From a virus: a stretch of DNA of 12,033 nucleotides. The translations under genes and the position numbers were made by a program. Within the stretch, counting starts at the first letter, position 1, and each line of letters starts with the position of its first letter. Below the pieces are notes generated by a model. It was not told the DNA's origin. It searched no databases and saw only the letters and a list, made by a program, of their open reading frames with translations. The stretch lies in the UHGV virus genome UHGV-0311374, one strand, 5' to 3'. Shown in pieces: positions 7,168 to 12,033 of the stretch.

Positions 7168-8379
7168 ATGTGGCCTTTCAGAAGAAAAAAAGAGCAGCGC
7201 AGCATGACGCTTGATGAGTTTATGGCGCTGGCTGGCACATCGAACACGGGGGCGGGTGAGTACGTATCATCGGGGACAGCGGAATCACTGCCCGCCGTCA
7301 TGAACGCCGTCACGGTCATCTCTGAGGCGGTGGCTACCATGCCGTGTTACCTGTACCTGGTACGCAATGAGAAGGGGAAGGAGGCCCGAGAGTGGCTTGA
7401 TTCTCATCCGGTCGATCACATCCTCAACGAGCGCCCGAACTCGTGGCAGACTCCCTACCAGTTTAAGCGAATGATGATCCGCCACTGCCTGTTAAACGGT
7501 AATGCTTATGCGGTGATTCAGTGGGGGCGTGATGGTTTTCCGGTCGCTTTGCATCCTTACCCGCCGCAGTCGGTGAACGTTGAGCAGACAGGTGAGCATA
7601 ACTGGCGCTACTGCATCACTGACGCCTACACCGGAAACACCCGCAACTATTTACCGTGGGAGGTTCTCCACCTTCGTTACTCCACGGATGACGGTTTTAT
7701 GGGGCGCTCACCTGTAACCATCTGCCGCGAATCGCTGGGGCTTGGGCTGGCCCAACAACGCCACGGCGCGAGCGTGATGCGTGATGGCATGATGGCGGCA
7801 GGGGTTATCACGTCAGGCGAATGGCTGGACGGCGTGAAGGGCAAACAGGCATTAGCCGCGCTGGAACGCTACAAAGGGGCCAGAAACGCCGGAAAAACGC
7901 CCATCCTTGAAGGGGGTATGAGCTATCAGCAGCTGGGCATGAGTAATCAGGATGCTGAATGGCTGGCCTCCCGTCGCTTCACCATTGAAGACATCGCCCG
8001 AATGTTCAACGTCTCGCCGATTTTTTTGCAGGAATACAGCAACAGCACCTACAGCAATTTCAGCGAGGCAAGCCGCGCATTTCTCACCATGACGATGCGC
8101 CCGTGGCTGGCGAACTTTGAGCAGCAGATAAAAAACGCCCTGCTGGTGGCCTCGCCTGTACCTGGTATCCGGTATCAGGTTGAGTTTGACAGCGCGGACC
8201 TGTTACGGGCCACACCTGGCGAACGCTTTGCCACCTATGAACGCGGCATCAAATCCGGCGTTATGTGCCCGAACGAAGCCCGCGAACGTGAAGGGCTGTC
8301 CCCGCGTGATGGTGGTGATGAGTTCAGCCAGGCATGGAAACAGGAAGTAAAAATCAGCGAGGGAGAAAAACAGGAATGA
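7168..8379 (+). CDS. Portal protein, HK97 family, 403 aa
   Basis: About 400-aa ORF immediately downstream of the protease, with one nucleotide between stop and start; size, position and sequence character fit HK97-family portals. Confidence 0.8.
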   Translation: MWPFRRKKEQRSMTLDEFMALAGTSNTGAGEYVSSGTAESLPAVMNAVTVISEAVATMPCYLYLVRNEKGKEAREWLDSHPVDHILNERPNSWQTPYQFKRMMIRHCLLNGNAYAVIQWGRDGFPVALHPYPPQSVNVEQTGEHNWRYCITDAYTGNTRNYLPWEVLHLRYSTDDGFMGRSPVTICRESLGLGLAQQRHGASVMRDGMMAAGVITSGEWLDGVKGKQALAALERYKGARNAGKTPILEGGMSYQQLGMSNQDAEWLASRRFTIEDIARMFNVSPIFLQEYSNSTYSNFSEASRAFLTMTMRPWLANFEQQIKNALLVASPVPGIRYQVEFDSADLLRATPGERFATYERGIKSGVMCPNEAREREGLSPRDGGDEFSQAWKQEVKISEGEKQE

Positions 8380-8714
8380 ACATAGGGCGACTGCGTGACA
8401 GGGTAACGATTCAGACCCTGAAACAGACCAGAGCCATGACGGGCGAAATACTCGAAACGTGGGTGGACGGTCACACACTCTGGGCAAGCGTGAACATGAT
8501 CAGCAGCAAGGAGGCCATTTCATCGGGTGTAGAACTGGCGACTGGAACGGTAAGGGTATGGATACGCTACAGGAAGGACATCAACGCCACCAGCCGGATA
8601 AAGGTCAATACGGGGCCGCTGGCGGGGCTTGTACTGAATATCATCGGGCAGCCGCTGCCGGATGCCGCCAGGACACGCCTTGAAATTCTTTGTCGTGAGG
8701 GCGCGGAAAAATGA
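8376..8714 (+). CDS. Head-tail adaptor / head closure protein, 112 aa
   Basis: ATG at 8376 overlaps the portal stop (ATGA); product MNIGRLRDRVTIQ...LWASVNMISSKEA...VRVWIRYRKDINATSRI fits the head-tail joining family pattern. Confidence 0.75.
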   Translation: MNIGRLRDRVTIQTLKQTRAMTGEILETWVDGHTLWASVNMISSKEAISSGVELATGTVRVWIRYRKDINATSRIKVNTGPLAGLVLNIIGQPLPDAARTRLEILCREGAEK

Positions 8715-9007
8715 CAGAAGAACTTATCACCCTGGAAGAAGTGAAACTCCATTGCCGCATCGATGGCGATGAGGAAGACCAGTTAATCAGCGGATACATT
8801 GCCGCATCGCTTGAGGCGTGCCAGATACACATAGGCAGGCGCTTTGATGACGGGCTGGAGTTCACGCCAGCCATAAAGATTGGCTGCATGATGTTTATCG
8901 CTCACCTGTATGAGAATCGCCAGATTGTCGCGGATAACGCAAAAACACGCGTACCCATGACGATTGGCGCACTCTGGACGGCTTACCGTGATGTGGGGGT
9001 GTACTGA
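8711..9007 (+). CDS. Head-tail connector protein (gp6-like), 98 aa
   Basis: ATGA overlap with the upstream gene; LEEVKLHCRIDGDEEDQLISGYIAAS...IAHLYENRQ matches the gp6-like connector family pattern. Confidence 0.75.
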   Translation: MTEELITLEEVKLHCRIDGDEEDQLISGYIAASLEACQIHIGRRFDDGLEFTPAIKIGCMMFIAHLYENRQIVADNAKTRVPMTIGALWTAYRDVGVY

Positions 9008-9447
9008 TGCCGTGGCAACCATTAAGACGATGTACAGAACCAGGCTGCAACAGGCGAGTTAAGTCCGGCAAGTGTGAGGAGCACAGACGCAGCGCACGCC
9101 AGCAGCAGGACAGCCGGAGAGGCAGCAGCAGGGAGCGAGGGTATACGAGGCAGTGGGAGAAATACCGCGCCATGTATCTGAGTAAAAACCCGTTATGTGC
9201 GCATTGCCTGGAAAAAGGAATATACACGCCCGCCGTGGTGGTGGATCACATTATCCCCATCGATGGCGGTAATGATGTTCTCTTCTGGCCTGAGTGGAAT
9301 CATCAGCCATTGTGCCAGGCGTGTCATAACCAGAAAACGAAATGGCTTGATCCGGCAACAAAAAGCAAGCGTGCCGCAGGTGGATTTCATGAAGAGGAAG
9401 AACGGGCCGCTAACCGCAATAACTGGATGTATGACGCTGATGAATGA
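9007..9447 (+). CDS. HNH endonuclease (terminase-associated), 146 aa
   Basis: TGATG overlap with the upstream gene; Cys-rich N-terminus (CTEPGCNRRVKSGKCEEH) and HNH core CAHCLEKG...VVDHIIPIDGGNDVLFWPEWNHQPLCQACHNQK; sits just upstream of terS/terL as in HK97-like cos phages. Confidence 0.85.
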   Translation: MPWQPLRRCTEPGCNRRVKSGKCEEHRRSARQQQDSRRGSSRERGYTRQWEKYRAMYLSKNPLCAHCLEKGIYTPAVVVDHIIPIDGGNDVLFWPEWNHQPLCQACHNQKTKWLDPATKSKRAAGGFHEEEERAANRNNWMYDADE

Positions 9448-9736
9448 GCTGGAACAAAACCGCCTTATCCGTGGACTTATAAGGCAGCGTGACGCATGGA
9501 AGACACAGGAAACAGGGCATAAAGATAAAGCGTCAGGACGCGCAGAACGCATCACAGCGACGCGATTAACCGACCGTGACCGCGAGGTTATGGAATGTTT
9601 CCGCAATCGCTGATGAGGTAGCCGGACGGGGTGGGGGGAGTTTTCAGGACGAACCCGACCCCGCCCAGAACCGACCGCCTCCTCAAATTTTTATGCACGG
9701 GAATTTTTTGAAAAATAATCTGGCGAAAAAATAAGC

Positions 9737-10093
9737 ATGGCAAGACCACCGAAAGCCCCCGCCTACCTGGATGACATCGCCGTGAAGCAGTGGCGGGAAA
9801 AATCGCGGCAGCTTGCGGAACGGGGAGACCTGACCCCCGCCGACTGGAGCAATCTGGAACTGTATTGTGTCAACTACTCCATTTACCGGAAAGCCGTCGC
9901 AGACCTTGCGGCGCGCGGGTTCAGCATTGTTAACAGTCAGGGCGGCGAGAGCAGAAACCCCGCATTAAGCGCGAAATCAGACGCTGAAAGGGTGATGATA
10001 AAAATGGCCTCCTTGCTCGGTTTTGACCCGATAAGCCGTCGTAAAAATCCACCGGAAACAGAAGAAGAGGACGAGCTTGACCGCCTGGAATAA
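9737..10093 (+). CDS. terS: Terminase small subunit (P27-family-like), 118 aa
   Basis: Product fits the P27-type small terminase pattern (W...LTPADWSNLELYCVNYSIYRKA...SRNPALSA...LLGFDPISRRK); directly upstream of and overlapping the large terminase. Confidence 0.8.
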   Translation: MARPPKAPAYLDDIAVKQWREKSRQLAERGDLTPADWSNLELYCVNYSIYRKAVADLAARGFSIVNSQGGESRNPALSAKSDAERVMIKMASLLGFDPISRRKNPPETEEEDELDRLE

Positions 10094-11738
10094 GTACGCA
10101 GAAGACGTAAAAACGGGCAAAATTCCGGCCTGTAAACGGCTGAAACAGGCCGTTAAACGGTACTTTTCGGACCTTAAAAACCCCCTTTATACGTTCGAAC
10201 GTGAGGCCGTGGAGCGGTTTATTGCCTTTTCCAGGGTGTGCCCGCACGTAAAAGGGCCGATGCGTGGCAGACCCATTGAGCTGGAGCCGTGGCAGCAGTT
10301 CGCCTTTGCGTGCATCCTCGGCTTTAAGGTTAAGGCCACCGGACGGCGCAAATACACGAGCGCCTTTATCGAAGTGCCGCGCAAAAATGCGAAATCCACG
10401 ACCGCCGCGATTCTGGCTAACTGGTTTCTGATTATGGAGAACGGGCAGCAGGATATCTACACCGCAGCGGTGAGCCGTGACCAGGCGCGGATCGTTTTTG
10501 ATGATGCGCGTCAGATGTGCCTTTTATCCCGACCGTTACGCAGGCGGGTGAATATTCAGGCCCACAAGGTGATGCACCCGAAAAGCAACAGCCTGTTAAA
10601 GCCGCTGGCAGCAAAAGCGGCAACCATCGAGGGAACAAACCCCAGCCTTTCCATCGTGGACGAATACCACCTACACCCCGATAACGGCGTTTATTCCGCG
10701 CTTGAGCTGGGGATGGGCGCACGTCCCGAAGGGCTGTTATTTGCCATTACTACATCGGGCAGTAACGTCGTTTCAGCCTGTAAACAGCACTATGATTATT
10801 GCTGCCAGATCCTGGACGGCGAAGAGGTCAACGATTCAATTTTTGTACTGATTTACGAACTGGACGACGAAAACGAGGTTGATGATCCGGCGATGTGGAT
10901 AAAGGCTAACCCTAACATCGATGTTTCCGTCGATCGTGAAAAACTGGCCTCAACCATCCAGAAAGCGCGGGGTATTCCGTCGCAGTGGGTGGAGATGATG
11001 ACAAAGCGATTTAATATCTGGTGCCAGGGGGCTACCCCGTGGATGGGTAACGGCGCATGGGCTGAGTGTGCCGGAACGTTCACGGAGGAAGATTTACACG
11101 GCCAGGAGTGTTACGCGGGGCTGGACTTATCATCAACCAGCGATATTTCCAGCGTGTGCTATGCCTTTCCGGTCGGTAAAACCATTATGCTGGTTTCCCG
11201 TCACTATCTGCCGGAATTTCAGCTACAGAACCCCGCCAATAAAAACCGCGCTGTCTATCGCCAGTGGGCTAAAGCAGGCTGGATACGCACAACGCCTGGC
11301 GACTGCATTGATTACGACCGGATCAGAGATGACATCATGCAGGACGCGGAGAAATTTAATATCAGGCTGGTGGGCTTTGATACGTGGAACGCCACGCATC
11401 TCAGGACGCAATTACAGGGGGCAGGTTTTGAGGTGGAGCCGTTCCCGCAAACCTACCTCAGATTCAGTCCGGCGGCGAAATCGTTCGAAGTTTTTGTTAA
11501 CCGCAGGGTGATTGTGCATCGTGGCGATCCGGTGCTGTCTTGGTCGATGAGTAACGTCGTGATGCAGAGTGACGCGAACGCCAATATCAAGCCGAACAAG
11601 AAAAAATCACCGAACAAGATAGACCCGAGCGTGGCGGCGCTGATGGCGTTTGGTACATTCCAGGCAGAGCATGAGGATTTTGCTTTTGATATAAGCGACA
11701 GCCACCGCCAGAAACTGGAAGAATTTAGCGGGGTGTAA
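10077..11738 (+). CDS. terL: Terminase large subunit, 553 aa, apparent TTG start overlapping terS by 17 nt
   Basis: N-terminus WNKYAEDVKTGKIPACKRLKQAVKRYFSDL and the long ATPase/nuclease-sized ORF; the first in-frame ATG (10260) would remove this conserved N-terminal region, so the TTG at 10077 or an unconventional initiation is implied. Confidence 0.85.
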   Translation: MTAWNKYAEDVKTGKIPACKRLKQAVKRYFSDLKNPLYTFEREAVERFIAFSRVCPHVKGPMRGRPIELEPWQQFAFACILGFKVKATGRRKYTSAFIEVPRKNAKSTTAAILANWFLIMENGQQDIYTAAVSRDQARIVFDDARQMCLLSRPLRRRVNIQAHKVMHPKSNSLLKPLAAKAATIEGTNPSLSIVDEYHLHPDNGVYSALELGMGARPEGLLFAITTSGSNVVSACKQHYDYCCQILDGEEVNDSIFVLIYELDDENEVDDPAMWIKANPNIDVSVDREKLASTIQKARGIPSQWVEMMTKRFNIWCQGATPWMGNGAWAECAGTFTEEDLHGQECYAGLDLSSTSDISSVCYAFPVGKTIMLVSRHYLPEFQLQNPANKNRAVYRQWAKAGWIRTTPGDCIDYDRIRDDIMQDAEKFNIRLVGFDTWNATHLRTQLQGAGFEVEPFPQTYLRFSPAAKSFEVFVNRRVIVHRGDPVLSWSMSNVVMQSDANANIKPNKKKSPNKIDPSVAALMAFGTFQAEHEDFAFDISDSHRQKLEEFSGV

Positions 11739-11751
11739 TGAGGTCAGCAGC

Positions 11752-12033
11752 ATGACAGAAGCCGAAATAACGGGATTAATCCGCCGCGTTGCCGGAATCA
11801 GCCAGCAGGCTGACGAACAGGCCACGCAGCCGGACAGCGTGACAGCCGAAAACTATGCGCGTGTTGTTGCTGAGGTGATGCGCCGTGATGGTATCCAGCT
11901 TAATGATGTGGATATGCGCAACATACGGATCCGCGTTCTTGAAATGCTGGCCTACCGTCGCCGCGTGCAGACGTACAGGGAAAAAGCAAAAATAACGTAC
12001 CAGTGGAAGAAGCCGGAGCGATTACGGCGGTAA
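11752..12033 (+). CDS. Hypothetical protein, 93 aa
   Basis: ATG at 11752 with GAGG 8 nt upstream; complete ORF whose stop is the last codon of the window; no family recognised. Confidence 0.45.
   Translation: MTEAEITGLIRRVAGISQQADEQATQPDSVTAENYARVVAEVMRRDGIQLNDVDMRNIRIRVLEMLAYRRRVQTYREKAKITYQWKKPERLRR

Noticed and set aside
1565-11825. Numerous minus-strand ORFs of 60-140 aa inside the large plus-strand genes (for example 2557..2901, 5918..6238, 6719..7006, 8203..8487, 9193..9606, 10432..10722)
   Set aside because: All are embedded antisense to long, motif-supported coding regions; shadow ORFs typical of GC-rich coding sequence.
1-12033. tRNA gene, integrase or attachment-site repeats marking the island boundary
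   Set aside because: No tRNA-like structure, tyrosine-recombinase-sized ORF or long direct repeat pair is evident in the window; the boundaries probably lie outside it.

Overview
This window looks like the replication and capsid/packaging portion of a phage satellite, most consistent with a capsid-forming phage-inducible chromosomal island (cf-PICI) or P4-like element from an enterobacterial genome. Almost all genes are on the + strand. From left to right: a small leftward RHH-like regulator and a divergent promoter region with three copies of an 11-bp palindrome; two tandem paralogous Icd-like small genes; two AT-rich cargo genes; a 707-aa primase/helicase-like replication protein; an iteron origin (about 12 copies of TAACCCGCA plus a (TA)7 tract); a small unknown gene, an SSB-like gene and a PerC-like gene; then an HK97-type head module (major capsid, prohead protease, portal, head-tail adaptor, gp6-like connector, HNH endonuclease, small and large terminase). 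No tail, lysis, integrase or tRNA genes are visible in the window. All functional calls rest on motifs I recognise by eye in the translations; no database search was run.
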